In this document: piece after piece, positions 11,926 through 25,900 of the stretch
Layout: each line of letters begins with the position of its first letter
How positions within the stretch are numbered: the stretch's first letter is position 1
NCBI RefSeq assembly: GCF_009834535.1
Contig: NC_045696.1
Span: 48,858,001-48,922,000, forward strand
Source: Camelus ferus
Lineage: Eukaryota
DNA: 64,000 nucleotides
Direction of reading: 5' to 3'
The notes under the pieces: generated by a model
The model's database searches: none
What the model was told of the DNA's origin: nothing
The model's input: the letters and a program-made list of their open reading frames with translations, nothing else
Position numbers and translations under genes: made by a program

Positions 11926-14732
11926 TTATGAAGTAGTGAGTGATAAACCAGGCAGATTCCTAGGCCGCTTCAGCTATGTTTACAAGGGACACCTGGAGAG
12001 TCTCATGGCGGCATTTTGAATAGCTGACGTGGACCTCATCTAAGAACGCTAACCTTCAGAGTTCAGATTTGCTACTTTCTTCATCAACTTCCTTTTTGTT
12101 TCTCCGAGTCTGGCAGAGTTTTATGTCCCATAGCAGATGGGACTCACCTGGGCAGGCTTGGGAGGGTCTCAGCAACTCAGTCAGTTAAGTGGCCTTTCTT
12201 ACACAATTCAGTCAGGAAAGAAAAAGTGACCTTTTAGGAGGCTAATTCTAAAAATACCGTAGACCAAATGCCCCCTTTACATAGCAATCCTCAGTTAAAT
12301 CAAACACACTTCAGAAGCTGTTTCAGCAGAGATTTAGAACAGAACAAATCCTCAAGCCTGAGGGAAGAGCATATCAAAATTTAATGAGAAGTTAAGGCAT
12401 CTCTTTTATTAAATTTATGGTTGAGAATGTTTTAATGAGTCAAGTTTTTTGTTATTTTTTTTAACAGCCTCCTGGCTTCATCCAATCAGTCACCACATTG
12501 ACCAAGTTCAACATAATTGCCACAGGAGGACAAATGCCTCTAGTCACCAGCAGTATTAATTAGCTCTGATTATACATTTTCAAGCAAGAGTTGACCTCAT
12601 CATGTAGGACAGCAAGTTCCACAGTTTCTCTGTCAGGACAAAATCAGGCAGTGACTGAAGGAAACCCAACATGGATACTCTGCCAAAGGCTTAATATCTA
12701 ATCTAAATTAAATTATATTTATAATTAATATAAGCTAATCCACTGATGTAAACATTGCCTAGTGTCAAAAAGTAGTATAAGGAAAAGAAAAGGAAAGAGA
12801 GTGCAGAGAGAAGGCAAGGGAAAAAGGAAAAGCAAAGACAGGAGAAGAGATCGGTTTAAACACTGGAGGTTTGTGCTAAACAGATTATCTGTTTCCAGGC
12901 AGATCTCCACGTATTTAACAGATCTGCATTATGTGTCAACAGAAAAGGCATGCCCGTATGATGCCAGGTATTCATTAGAATATTTATTATTTATATTCTG
13001 TCTGCCTATAAAGAAAAATCCAATAGCTTACTACAAACACATTAAATGCATAGATATAATTGGGGAGGGAGAAAGAATGTTGTTTGATTGAATGGACATA
13101 TTAGATATTAAAAAGAATGCAAAAAGCATTTCTTTCTCCAAGTCAAAATAGGTAGCTAGATTGTTGAGAGACAAGAAAAGTAAGAGGCACTGCCCTCTTA
13201 ACAGAGGGACATTAGGGATAATAGTTGTGCCATAGGATCCTTTGTTCAATAGCAACAGCTAATCAACGTCTTGGCTTCCTGAAGACAAAGTGTCAAGAGA
13301 TCTGGCTCAGGGAGGCAGGATCTAGGTTTTGAGACCCAAGAGAGCAGGGCCAATTGCAATCTGCCTTCTCTACTGAATTTCTGGCACAGAGAAAAGGGTC
13401 TGGCATGTCATAAACACACAGTAGGAAAGAGTGAGACTGGTTTGACCGAGTCAAAGCTGAGAAATAATTCCTCTAAAAGTCAGGCAGTACCCATGAGTCC
13501 TGTGGAACTTGAAGGGATGGAAGATGTAAAGAAAAGAATTCCATGCTATTCAGGAAGATAAATTAAGAGTTACTAAATATGAAGTGATGATTTGAGTAGA
13601 TTTTGTAGACTGAAGTCCCCTAGGTGTTATTAATGTCTACATGCAGTTGGTATATTTCAAGTAATATGTATATAATATATATTGCATGTAATATATATTA
13701 AATTACATTTATTAATAGTAGAGTATTTGTTTACTCTATATATAGAGTATCAGATTAGATTCCTTTTGTTAATTAAGTTTCTTAATATTACTCTGTGGAA
13801 AGACTGCTTGTCCTGTATTTCAAATGTTATCCAGAATTTTGGGAAAGTTGATTCTGTTTGAAATACCCTATGGAACAAACTGCTTAAAGAAATTGATATA
13901 AAATTACATACATGGATGTGACGATGAAAAAGGAAAATTAAAAATCTGGAGCCAAAGGAAATTAAAGAGTTGAAAGTGAAGACTAGGGTAAATACACAGA
14001 ATACCTAGACCATGACCAGCACATGCACACATTCATGTCACCTGCTGATGGGACAGTTACAGTAGATCATAGTACTCTCCCCCTTAAATTTTCAGGCTGC
14101 CACGTAACTCTCCAGCCGGTGCTCCAGATATCCAAAAGGGATTTACTAGGGTTGTGTGCAGGATGAAGCTTCTTCACAATCCCTGGCTTGAGCCATAAGA
14201 TGTAATTAGCTGTTCAAAAAAAGTAACCCACAAATTTGAGTTCCTAATAGCCTAGCTTCCTGATAGCCTAAGCAAATAATGGAGTGAGTTTTGTAGGGTT
14301 TTTTTGTAAAATCAATGGAGTTCTTAGAGGAAACAACACATTTTTAGTACTTTTTTCTATAAAAGAAATTTCTTATAAAGACTTTTTATAGGGACACAAT
14401 ATTCTCAAAATATTTATATAGGAGATGTAAGAGGTTTCATATTTTCCTGGAGCTCTGCTCAGTGAAACCAAGTTACATAAAAACAATGAAGCATTATTTG
14501 GTGAAGGCAAAAAGTATCCGGTGAAGGCATTAGTCCTAGAGGACAGCATTCTGTCCTGTGGATCTGAAGGCTGTCAGATCCAAGGAGAGAGAGCAGAGAA
14601 AATTTAGAGAAATGACTGGCCTATGTGTCTTCAAGCACCACTTCTCTCAGCATTCTTTTGATAACAGTTTGAGACTGCAATATCTAGAAAGTGAAGCTTT
14701 CTCCATTTTATCGTCATTAAAAAACAGGTTGC

Positions 14733-14937
14733 ACCACACGTTACTACAAGATATTGAATATAGTTCCCTGTGCTATACAGTATGAACTTATTTATTTATT
14801 TTATATATATTAGTATCTGCAAATCTCAAACTTCCAATTTGAAAACAAATATATGTATGTTCATGTATGACTGAAGCATTATGCTGTACACCAGAAATTG
14901 ACACAACATTGTAAACTACAACAAATACATATTCTGC

Positions 14938-14976
<39 letters not shown>

Positions 14977-14985
14977 CAAAAAAAG
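14733..14985 (+). mobile_element. Short lineage-specific L1 3'UTR insertion, 5'-inverted
   Basis: 14733-14840 antisense 3'UTR, 14841-~14918 sense 3'UTR, then (TC)n(TA)n and A tail. TSD aaaacaggttgc (14721-14732) / aaatcaggttgc (14986-14997). Confidence 0.85.
14938..14976. repeat. (TC)n(TA)n compound microsatellite in L1 tail
   Basis: Directly visible. Confidence 0.95.
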
Positions 14986-15944
14986 AAATCAGGTTGCTAT
15001 TCTTTTAGAGAAAATAAGGGGCACAACAAAGATTACAAAAAGGATTCTTCTTTGGGAGGAAGGTGGAATGATAAAAAATTTTTATTGACTTCAGAATAAT
15101 TATTGAATACCTACATTGTGGCAACCACTATGGAAGCCACCACAGGGACACAAATAAAACAAAAGTTCATGATTCTGGTGAGTGGAAGTATGAGTGGAAA
15201 TAAGGAAATGGAGACCCATTCCCAGTGAAACACAGACTATCTTTGCAAAACACTTGATCTCAAAGGAAAGGAGTGATACAGCTAAAGATGAATGCAAGTC
15301 AAGCTCACTTAAATCATATTATGGAAATGCTGAAAATATAAGACAGCCAACCAGTCTGCCTAAATTATATCCTCAACATCTGTGGTGTCCAAGATCCTGT
15401 CATTACAGTTTCCTGATGTTAACTCTTAAAACTGACAATTGTGTTAAAGAAAGTTTTTTTAAACAACATATCCATTGATCAGAGGCTATCTCCATATATA
15501 GTCATTTATATTGTAATGCTCTCAAAAAATAGCATGAAAGATTGGAACTAGAGATTATCTAAAGTGATCCTCAACAACATACTATTTAAAGAATAAAACC
15601 ACAGCTAGGCTTCACATTTAAAAATATACCTGAATAAGCCATAGGGATTATTTAGTCCAATCTCTTAATTTTAAATATAATTCTTACAAAACTACATTTC
15701 TGCTTTATTGCTTTCTGCCTTCCTTTATATTTTTTTATTCAATAAACTTTGAAGTTTCAAGGAATCTTAAAAGGTAAGGTCCAAATGAACCCTCCTTAGG
15801 GAAGAGAAAGAGGAATGGAGGCTAGTCCTTCAAGACTAAAAAACATCCTGGGAAGAATTATACAAAGCGCCTGGGGGTACTATGGGACAATGAGACGTAT
15901 TATGAAAATATAAAATCTAATTTTACTGATTTTATATATTTTAT

Positions 15945-16398
15945 TGATTTCCCTAAATGACCACAAATTTAGTGGCTTTAAAAAGTACAAAGTTATTTTC
16001 TTACAGCTCCAAAGGGACAGAAGTATGAAATCAGTTTCATTTAGCTAAAGTCAAGATGTCGGCAAGGACATTGCTCTTTCTGGAGGCTTTAGGAGAGAAT
16101 CTGTTTCCTTGCCTTTTCCAGCCTTGAGAGCTGCATTTCTTGGCTCATGGCCCCTTTAAAACTGACAGCATAGCACCGTCAAATCTCTCTCTGCGTCCAT
16201 CTCATCACCTCCTCTTCTGTAGGAAAGCCTCCCTCTTCTTTTCCCTCATAAGGACCCTTGTGATTACATTTAGATCCCCCTCAAAACAGGATAATTGCCT
16301 CATCTCAAGATCGTTAACTTACTTAAACATATCTGCAAATAAGGTAACATTCACAGTCCCAAGATTAGGACCTAGATATCTTTGCAGGCCAACTACCA
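15945..16398 (-). mobile_element. MLT1D-like solo LTR
   Basis: 'ataaggacccttgtgattacatt...catctcaagatcgttaactt...aaggtaacattcacag...ctacca' is the reverse complement of the MLT1D 5' part. Confidence 0.85.
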
Positions 16399-16489
16399 TG
16401 CTTATCAAGGGAAGCACACCTTTCCAAAGGGCCACAGAGGTTGTTCTAAAGGTGCTTATAAGGAACATATACTCCTTATGCTCTAGTTA

Positions 16490-16620
16490 CATATATATAT
16501 TTACATATATATATGTATATATATATATACACATCCACAAATATACACAAACTTATGCTCTGGTTATATATAGAGATAGGTACATACATGTATACACACA
16601 TACATACACAAATATACACA
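16490..16620. repeat. Degenerate (TA)n/(CA)n simple repeat
   Basis: Directly visible. Confidence 0.85.
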
Positions 16621-16929
16621 AGCTTGGAAATAAAATGAACAAACTTACAAGTAACTATATTTTTCACTCAGCAATATAATAAACATTTTCTCCTATTTTC
16701 TTCTACGAAATAATTTTTTAAAAGTTACATTAATATTCAACAGTTGATGTACTATAATTTATTTACTCAATGCTATACTGTTGAAAATTGCTTTTTTGTT
16801 TTTATACATTGCTGTAATATCATTCATGTAGATGCCTGGTTATTTCCTTGGGATATTTATCTGAAGTATCGAAGAAGTAGAACTGCTGATTCACAGGATA
16901 TGAATGGTTTTAAGTTTATAACGCACATT

Positions 16930-17260
16930 CTTACCCATCCTTCAAGACTCACATCATACATCGTGGCCTCTGTCATGTCTTTCTTGATGACCTTCCACCC
17001 CCCACCCAAAGGAAGCATCATTTTCTGTTCTTTAACCCTATGTACTTTTTAGCTGCCTCTGTATACTATATATACAATACTGCATTGCATAATTATTTCT
17101 TAATGTCTGTCTTCTCTACCAGAGTATGAGCTCCTTTAGTAACACCTATTCCATATTTTTCTCTTTATCTCTAGTACAGTATCTGACACAGTAAGAGCAT
17201 TTAATAAATACCTCTTGGAAGAAGGAGTGAATAAACGAATAAGCAAACAAAATAATAAAA
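16930..17260 (+). mobile_element. L2 3' end
   Basis: 'agagtatgagctcc...cagtatctgacacagtaagagcatttaataaata...gagtgaataaacgaat'. Confidence 0.75.
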
Positions 17261-19229
17261 GAAAGAATGAGTAAAGAACACTATTTGGTCTTATTGATCA
17301 TTGAATTTAAGTTTTCCATTACCCTTAGAGGGAAAATTCTTATCTCCCATTTTGTGAATGAAAAAAGCAATAATTTTCCTATCCTTTCCTCAAATTGCCT
17401 AATTCACCTGCTCTTCTAGGCTTCTGAATGATGGAGTTTTTCATCCCAAAGCTCAGAACTCTTTCAATGCATAGGAATAGACTTAGTCAAAAATCATTGT
17501 CAGTAAAGGACTTGGGCAGACATAGCCAAGTAGATAGAGATAGTGACCTCTTGCATTATTATACTATGGAATGTTTGCTATCATGGTCATATCTGGGGGA
17601 AAGTAGTGAGACTGCTTTGTACTAGTCATAATCTTTTATTCTCTGTCCTTAATTCTAAAGACACACTTTAAAAATCGATGCGAAATTTAATCATTCATTG
17701 TGAAGGAATGCACCCCCCTTCAAGAAACATATTGAGTACCCAGTTTCACATGCGTTACCATATATAACAATTTAACCAAAACCAAGAAAATGACAAACCA
17801 AGTGGAAGTTGCTGTTCCTGATTAGAAGAAAAGAAATAAAAGAACATCAGCTATTCAGGGCTCAACCCCACCCCCTAAAACACAGACAGATTCTTCTCCT
17901 TATCGTGCCAGAAGCTGCAGGAAAGCAGAAACGTTGGTTTTGTTCTCCGAGATCAAAAGACAAATATATCCCTCTCTGTGATCTCCCCTGTCTGACAGAG
18001 ACATCCCTGCTTCACCTTGAGATAAGGAGAGGGATGATATGGTTGACCTCTTCATCTCTCTGTTTTTCTGCATCACTAGCAGATTCCCTTGCACACTCCT
18101 GTCTCTTTTCTATATGTACTGAACATGCATTAGCATCAGAGTCACATAAGGAAACTTGCTGTGGTCAGCAGAAGCACAAAATCAAGCCCCAGTGCTAAGT
18201 GGTTGTCATAGATTTCTACTTCTGTGCTGTCAGATCTCCAAATAACTGCAGTTCCAGACAGCCTGTTTGCTGACCTGGGGTACAAAGGGGCAGAAGGGTG
18301 ACCGTGAAAGAGGCAAATAGATAAGTAAAGGATGTCAGGCCTCAGGAAGGACGAGGTCCACTACTTCGCCCTCCTCCCTGCAGAGAAAACTTCAAACATT
18401 TGATAGGTCTGACAGAGTTTCCATTTCAAGGATGACTAGAATAAATACACTTAGAGCAATGTCTAACCTTTTTAAAACGTCTCATTCTCCATATGAGGAA
18501 AACGCTAACAATCATTGTATTTAAATGTTGTTTATGTTGGCAAAAACTAGATGTTGTTCCCAAATTTAGTGTTCCAAAATACAGCTACTGCACACAGATA
18601 TTTTTGATGGGATAAGTAGAAAGGGGCCAGAAGCACAAGATTAAGCATTCTTCGAGGGAAATGCTTGGCAAAGCATACGACACCATGGCGAACCTGCAGG
18701 AAATTACTGTTACTTGTTTTACAAGGCCTGTATGCTCAGATTCATCTGCTTAGAACTACGTGCGAAGAGCAGTTTATAAGTCTCTATTTCAGTAAGGGTT
18801 TTAACTTCTGGAGTTTATGTGTGATTTGTGCTTGTGGTACTAGGAGTGGCTCACCATCAATGAGTTCATTGTGTTTCTTCCCCCAGAGTCAACATGAACA
18901 ATAATATTAATGCTGGTCATCATCTAAGTACTAAAACGATGCTTAAAGAAATGACATCTGGCTTTAGAATCTGAATTTAGAGTATATTACAGAGCCCTTT
19001 CTCAAAAGTATTCAAACTTGACTCTAAAGACAAAGAGACAAAGTATTCACTATTTTTTTGTGTGTGTGTGGAGATACTTAAGTACTCTCTGAACCCTACT
19101 ACTTTGACTTCCTGAAGTAGACTAGATACTCAAAGACATTTGCCTATGTTTTAATTTGTCAACATAGCAGGGATATTTATATTTCATTTGCCCCACTTTT
19201 CATATGCTAGAATGGCATAAGATCTTCTA

Positions 19230-19406
19230 GAACCTTGCTACTCAGAGCGCGGTGCACACGTTAGCAGCATCTTGTGGCTAGAAAAGGGCACCTTGTCAGA
19301 GATGCAGAAACTCCCACCCTACCCCCAGTGATGTATTGAATCAGAATCTGCATTTTAATAAGACCCCAGGGTGACTCGCATGCACATTCAAAATTGAGAA
19401 GCATGC
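19230..19406. mobile_element. MER5A (hAT-Charlie)
   Basis: 'tgctactcagagcgcggt...tgaatcagaatctgcattttaataagaccccagggtgactcgcatgcacattcaaaattgagaagca'. Confidence 0.85.
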
Positions 19407-19423
19407 TCCCGAATAAAAATAGA

Positions 19424-19775
19424 TGTCTTAATAAAGTTCAGGCTGCTATAACAGAATACAACAGACTGGCTGGCTTAAAAAACAAATATTTGTTTCTCAC
19501 ACTTCTGGAAACTAGAAAGTCCAAGATCAAGCACTAGCAGATCTAATGACTGGTGAGGTCCTGCTTCCTGGTTTGCAGAGGGCTGTCTTCTGGTTGTATC
19601 CGCACAAGCTCTCCCTTCTCTTTCATAAAGACACTAAATCCCATTCCTGAGGGTTCCACCCTCATGACCTAATTACATAACTCCAAGGCCCCATGTTCTA
19701 ATACAATCATATTGGGGTTAAGATTTCAACATATAAATTTGGGGGGTGGTGGATACAAACATTTACTACGTAACA
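19424..19775 (-). mobile_element. MLT1A0-like solo LTR
   Basis: TG...CA ends; 'ggctgctataacagaatacaacagactgg...aagtccaagatcaag'; near-TSD ataga/atagg. Confidence 0.9.
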
Positions 19776-21429
19776 ATAGGCAAGTCAATTCCACTTTCTT
19801 TTTGGTCAGGCTTCAATGAGATAAAAACAAACACATGTAAGTCTGTAAGAACAAATAAGAACTGACTTCACAGGAAGGGGAAATAGAAAGCAGACTGCAT
19901 GGTATGATCTTACACTCTCCAAAAGGAGTTAAGCAACAGTTCTCCTGCTGAGACAAACCTAAGTCAGCAGCTCCCACTTATATTTGCCATTTCCAGACCT
20001 ACTATGCCATTAAAGCCAGAAACAACCAAGTGTACTATTCTAAAGCCTACTGCGCCCTCTTTGCAGAACTCTTTCCATGTGCCTAGCTCTGTGTTACATG
20101 TTTTATATGCATCATCTCATTTAATCTCTTTCAAATAATTACTCTATGGTGCTCCAGATTCATATCTCTATTTCTTCTTAGGACAGGGCAGCTTAAAAAG
20201 AAAAAAAGGTGTATCTCACCCAGAACCAATTCGAACAGAGATGGATGAATAGAAAACCAAGAAAAATGTCCTTGGCTTCAGGCTCCATGTTGGCTGGTGC
20301 TGGATACTGTCAGCAGAGATGTTACAAATGTCTGGCAGGTGACTCAGAAGGTCTTGGGGTTGTAGAAAGAGCAAATACCAACAGATCAAGGGTAAGAGAC
20401 CTTCAATACCAATGGAATGTGGTAAAGATAGTGTCAATCACAGGGCCAGAAAAAGCAAGATCAAAGGAATCAGCTAGAAGGGACACACCAATTATGTGGG
20501 AACCGCATCAGAGGCCTCCTGGATTCAGGTAGAAAGCCGGGTGAGAAGTTTCCAGGGCACGATTGAGAAGCAAAGCTGGGCGGTCCTTGCTTTGGCCTCA
20601 GCCCCCTGTTTACAGTAGCCTCCATTCTGCCTTTTTGTCGTAACTTGAAAGGTGACCATGTACAAAAGCTACCATCTGATAAAAAGTGGACTTGGGAAAA
20701 TTCTATTTGCACTGTTACTCATCCTGTGCAACTTAGTTTTGACCTAAGTCAACCTTAGTTGCACAGGGCCTCAGAAGTCTGAGTTTTGAACTATAATCTG
20801 TGCTAAACAACATCAAGGGGTTCAAATACAAACGTACACACACTCTAAAATAATTGTTAATTATATTTATGTAATAATTTTTCTCACTTCCAGGTGCTCT
20901 AAGGAAAGTTAATGCCCAGATGATATGATAAGTGTTAATGACAGCTGGCTGGCTGACATCACTTCCATAAATGTTGCCTTCTGTTACTGCTGCTTCTCTG
21001 AGGGTCAGGATTCTGGGGGAAATGTCTGTATTTTTATATGTCCCATGCTTTTAGCTATGCTTGGTTAATTAGAACAAGCCCTGTTAATTCTAGTACATAC
21101 CCTTTTAAGAGGAAGACCTTAGAGGTTTCTTCCTGTCTTAACTGGATTTGGTCTGTATTTGCTGTGCAAGAAAAGTCAAGATTTTTTCTTACTATTAATG
21201 TCTTATGAACCACGTTAAGTAAGTACAGAAGCACATTACTATGCCCTCCAAAGCAGCATCAATTAATACTGAGTTTTGGGGGGGAAAAATGTTGTCTTGG
21301 ATTAGCTCCACAGGGTACTAAGTAGATGCCAAGAAGAATCCAAGAATAAAATGTTCAGAATTGCAGTTTAAGTTCTATGTACATTTTGACTTATCAGATC
21401 TCATATCAATGTAGCAATGTATCTAATGA

Positions 21430-21680
21430 TGATGATGATGATGATAACTCTGACAGATCACTTTTATAGAATGTTTATATGACTTTTCTTAGTTGTTTTG
21501 TATAAATTATCTCTTTAATGCTTACAGGAACCCTAGGAGGAGAAACTAATGTCCTTATTTGGTGGTCCAAGACACTAAATCACAGAAAGGTCATTTCCCA
21601 GCATAACACAGGCAAGAAATGATGGAAACTGAATTCAAGTCCAGGCAGGCTGACACCCAAGCTCTTAGCCATCATGCTAG
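21430..21680 (-). mobile_element. MIR
   Basis: Antisense MIR preceded by (GAT)n; 'gaattcaagtccaggcaggctgacacccaagctcttagccatcatgct'. Confidence 0.7.
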
Positions 21681-22749
21681 GTTGATTGAAAAGGAAGAAA
21701 GAGTCTTCCGCAAATCCATTCCAGGACTTCACCTAGATGGATAGTAGAGGAAGCTTCCAGCTGGTCCACTAGAGAAAGGCAGAGGCTGGGGTGTTCTCTC
21801 CAATATCAGAACCCACTAAATGTGCAACCACTCAAAAGGGAGACCCAGTACCCAAAATACTTTTAATTGTTGTGGGTCAGTGCAGAACAAGGGAAGTTCC
21901 TAAACATGAGCACTCTTGTGCTAAGAATGGCTCACTCTGTAGCCCTGTTTCCCAGAAAGCTGAAAGAAGGAAAAGAAAAAACTTGGACCAGAATGCCAAA
22001 GAAAATAATTAATTAAAAGCAGCCTTCCTGGCATCAGGAATTCAAAATGAACTGTCTAAGAATTGGGAGATGCTCTAAGTCCTGCTGATAATAAGCTAAA
22101 ACACCAGGATAGTGATTTTTTGAAAAGTGAAGCAAGACCTGAAAGTTACCCTGAGTAAGATCTGGGGACAATTGACATCTTTATGCTACACTTGTTTTAT
22201 TCTACAATCCATACACTTCCTGTCTCCCTAGCTGGTTATCAGCTCCTCAAGATCAGGGAAATGGTTATTTTGACATCTGTCTTATGATGCCAACACACTG
22301 AAGAAAAGCACAGGAGGCGGTCTCTTCTCTCCCACCCTCCTCCCCCCACCATTGTGCTTATTGTTTGCAGCATCGTCTGAGAGAAGTAAAATTCATTAAG
22401 CAGCATTTATACACGAGAGCAACTTACATGGCTTTGACCATTCCAGATATCAAATGCTACCCTTAAAACTGCAATGCTAACCCCTAAACCTGGGGAGTCA
22501 CTGGGGAGTCACCCATGGCCTTTCAAGATAGATTAGGCTTATTGTAACATTTGTCCATTTTCAGAAGCCCAGGTTATTCCATCTTTGCCATAGTCTCTGT
22601 ATTACACTTACTAAAGGGTTCTTATTACTAAACCAATCTTAACTTTTGCACAGTCATTAAGTATCTTCTATGGAACGTGCTGTTTCCCTCCAATAAGCTT
22701 AGAAAATGTTGGCTGATGACTTGTTAGCTCACTCGAATAATTAAATGAG

Positions 22750-22980
22750 TAAGAGCCCAGCCTCAGGCTTGCAGGCTATAAATCTCAATTCTGTGTGACT
22801 GTAAAGAAGTTATTTAACTCCTCTCAGCCTGTGCCCTTATGTGAGAAAACTGTATGGAAATAGTTACCTCAGAGGGTCAAGGTAAAGATAAAATGACACC
22901 TATCAGGCACCTAACATAGTGCCTAAAAGACACTAAAAATTATACAGTTAACACTCAGTAAATGTTGGACGTTGTTGTTT
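22750..22980 (+). mobile_element. MIR
   Basis: 'tgtgtgactgtaaagaagttatttaactcctctcagcct...acactcagtaaatgtt'. Confidence 0.7.
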
Positions 22981-25900
22981 TCTTTCTTCCTAACCCCTAA
23001 TGCTTGAGTTTCTGTTACCATGTTCCTCTTTGCCAGCGTCATGAACCCTCCTGGGTACCATCTTAAAATGTCACCCTGGACATTTTAAGCTGCTTCACAT
23101 AAGATACTGGAGTTTATCATTGGAGTCACTGCACTGCAATTTCCCACTAAGTGTCTTTAACATACAATTTCTCTTCATACAGAAATTCGTTCACCTTTCT
23201 CCTTCCTGAGGCTGACCCCACCTATCTCAATCCATGCTTTCTTTTTTCTTTCCATGCTCAGTGCAGCTTGAAGGCAATTCCATCAACAGGTTTTAGTCTC
23301 TCTATCAGTATGATTTATTGTATATCTGCAGGGTCTGGGTTAAAACAGTTTAAATGTGATTAGATATGAACAAAAGCAATACACGATAAAGAATGACACA
23401 GCCACTGTCTTGTCCTTCAGGGTGTTAAGGGTGATCACATTTTCCTATTTTATTGGGGAAAATCTCATTCTGCTGAAGGCATTAGGGCAAGGTGATTAAA
23501 TGTCACTGTGTATAATTTGATATTAGGTATTACCTGCATAATATATATGTATTCCTGCCACCAAAGCTAAACCATTTGCAGACATTAATGTGGTATAATT
23601 GAGTACAAACCATTTTCCTTTGTGTCTCCTTGGCTGTGGTGGAGTTAAAATGGTAATAATAATCATAAAATGTGTTTTGTTTTCAAGGCAAATGATTAGC
23701 CATAAAGATGAATAATAACTTTTTATTAAAAAATAGAGTAAATAACAGATGGCTGAACCCTTCGATACCCCAACAGAAAAAATCCGTGGTGTTCTAGCTT
23801 GAGCACTTTGGGGAGTGTGTATGGTACTTACTTGCTGATGAGTAACAGCATGTAGCATTGTTAAGCTTGATTAAGCAAATTTAATTAGCGTTAGTCAATG
23901 CATTTTTGTAAGTGGATAAAATACATTCCAGTTTAGGCACGACTGTTAATCTTTAATTTATGAGATAAAAGTTAAAATGCAACCATAAAATATTAAAATT
24001 GCAATAAACCGCATTTAAAGGAACAGATTCTTTTCGTTAGATTTTTTCAATTACTTTTTAACCTTACAATTCAAAGGAAATTGCCTTAGTGTTTCCCTGT
24101 TTCTTTAGTTTTGCTGTTTATTATATATATATCAGATAGTGGAGGTAAAAACGGCAACACGAGTTCTGCATTCCCAGCTGAGGATATCTAATTTCTAAAT
24201 GATCTAGGACCTCATTACTCTAAAACCAGACTTTATAACATTCTTCAAACCTGGTTTTTTTTTTAATTGTATAGGACTTATTTAGGAATCTTGAGGATAA
24301 AGACAGGAGGAAAATATAAATCAAGATCTCAAAAAAAAAATGATAAATAGTTTAATTAATTAAACAATTCAGAAACCATTCAAACAAGGTATTCTCAAGA
24401 TTGGAGGGAGTCATATCTTAAACTAACTTGAGACTTTTCAAATCTAAATGAATACTTTTAATGCTAGTCACTGATAATAACGTAGACGCTGGCAGAGTAC
24501 AGGACCTTCTGCTCCACATAATTAGCATTCCTGAAAAATACTGCAGCCTGATCAAGCACAGGAACAAGATTTTATAGAGTTTTTTAGAATTTGTATGTCA
24601 TAGCTAACCACGCTAGAAAAAAAATTTGGAAAAAAAATTTTATAAATTTGTTTAAAATTATTCTCTCTCTGACTCTTCTCAGATTCTTTTTGTTTCTCTC
24701 TCTCTTCCAAAGTTTAAAAAAAAAGTTAATCATAAAAGTGTGTATGTGTGTGTCTTTTCATGTGGGTAGTCAGAGGCAGGTGGAGGGAGCATTTGAGCTT
24801 AGCCACTTTATAGGAAAATGGGAGTATCGATCATTATCAATCCTATCCACCACCACCCCACCTCCAAAGTTATCAAATCCCAAATCCCAAGAGGAGCTCT
24901 AAAAAATGGTAGCCACATACATTAGTCCCAAGAGCATGCTTGGCCACATAGGAAGACCCCTCCCCACCAGAGTGGGAGCAGTGAGACCACAGACTTCAGA
25001 AGTATGTGGTCCTTGACTAAGGACATGGGGGGAAGGGACTGTGAGAAAAAGAAAAAAAGCTGTATGGATTCATGGTAAGGAAATGGACACAAGGTCAGAA
25101 TGGAAGAGGCAGCCTCATTCAGAACACCCATTTCACTCATTCAGTCAGTCAATGTGCCAGGCACTATGCCAGCTGCTAGCATTACAACACTGAGCAAAAC
25201 CGATACAGTTACTACTCTCCATGGAAACTTTACATGAAAAAGCTTACCAGAGGAAGGAGACAGGAAAATCCCACAAAGTCCTTCATTATCTAACTCATGT
25301 CCTCCTCTCTCGTCTCACTTCCCATCATTCCTGACTTACCACCTTTGTCCTATTCACACTAAACTAATTGAAACGTCACCAAAATGCCTGGTCATCCTTT
25401 CTCGACTTTTCATCTCCACTGGGAAGCTCTTTGCTTTCTCTTTTCTGGTTTGGTGCAAATCACATTATCTTATTCTCTTCCATGGTAAATTAAAAAAAAA
25501 AAAACTATATGTATATATATATTCTTTCCTTCCCTCCCTTCAGTTTCTTTAAAAGACACATGATAGTTAAAAGCAAAAAGTATATTTCTGCATTATTGGT
25601 ATAAAATTATATTGATGTTTTATAAAATATCAATATAGAATTCTCTATTCTAAAATGTATATATTTATTTTACCACCAGTAATTCAATACTAACTTTTAG
25701 TATTCTGTTTTAATTTGTCCATCTGATTTTGACTATATATCTTTGTATATTTTTTGTAGTTGTTCTGGTAATTATAAAATACATACCTGACCTGGCACAC
25801 TATTTAGAATTGTATTTTGCCATTTCAATTGTAATGTAGAAATCTTACTGTTATACAGGTCTTATTATTTTTTCTTCTTTATGTTATAGTTGTCATATCT

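Noticed and set aside
16140..16679. 179-aa ORF
   Set aside because: Runs through antisense MLT1D and a TA/CA repeat; spurious.
20209..20600. 107-aa ORF in a purine-rich, GC-richer stretch
   Set aside because: No recognisable protein or splice context; probably an old LTR-like relic that I cannot assign.
22490..22511. Short tandem duplications (ctggggagtca x2; also atttgtatcag x2 at ~43592 and one at ~59742)
   Set aside because: Ordinary slippage duplications; no array or spacer structure, not CRISPR-like.
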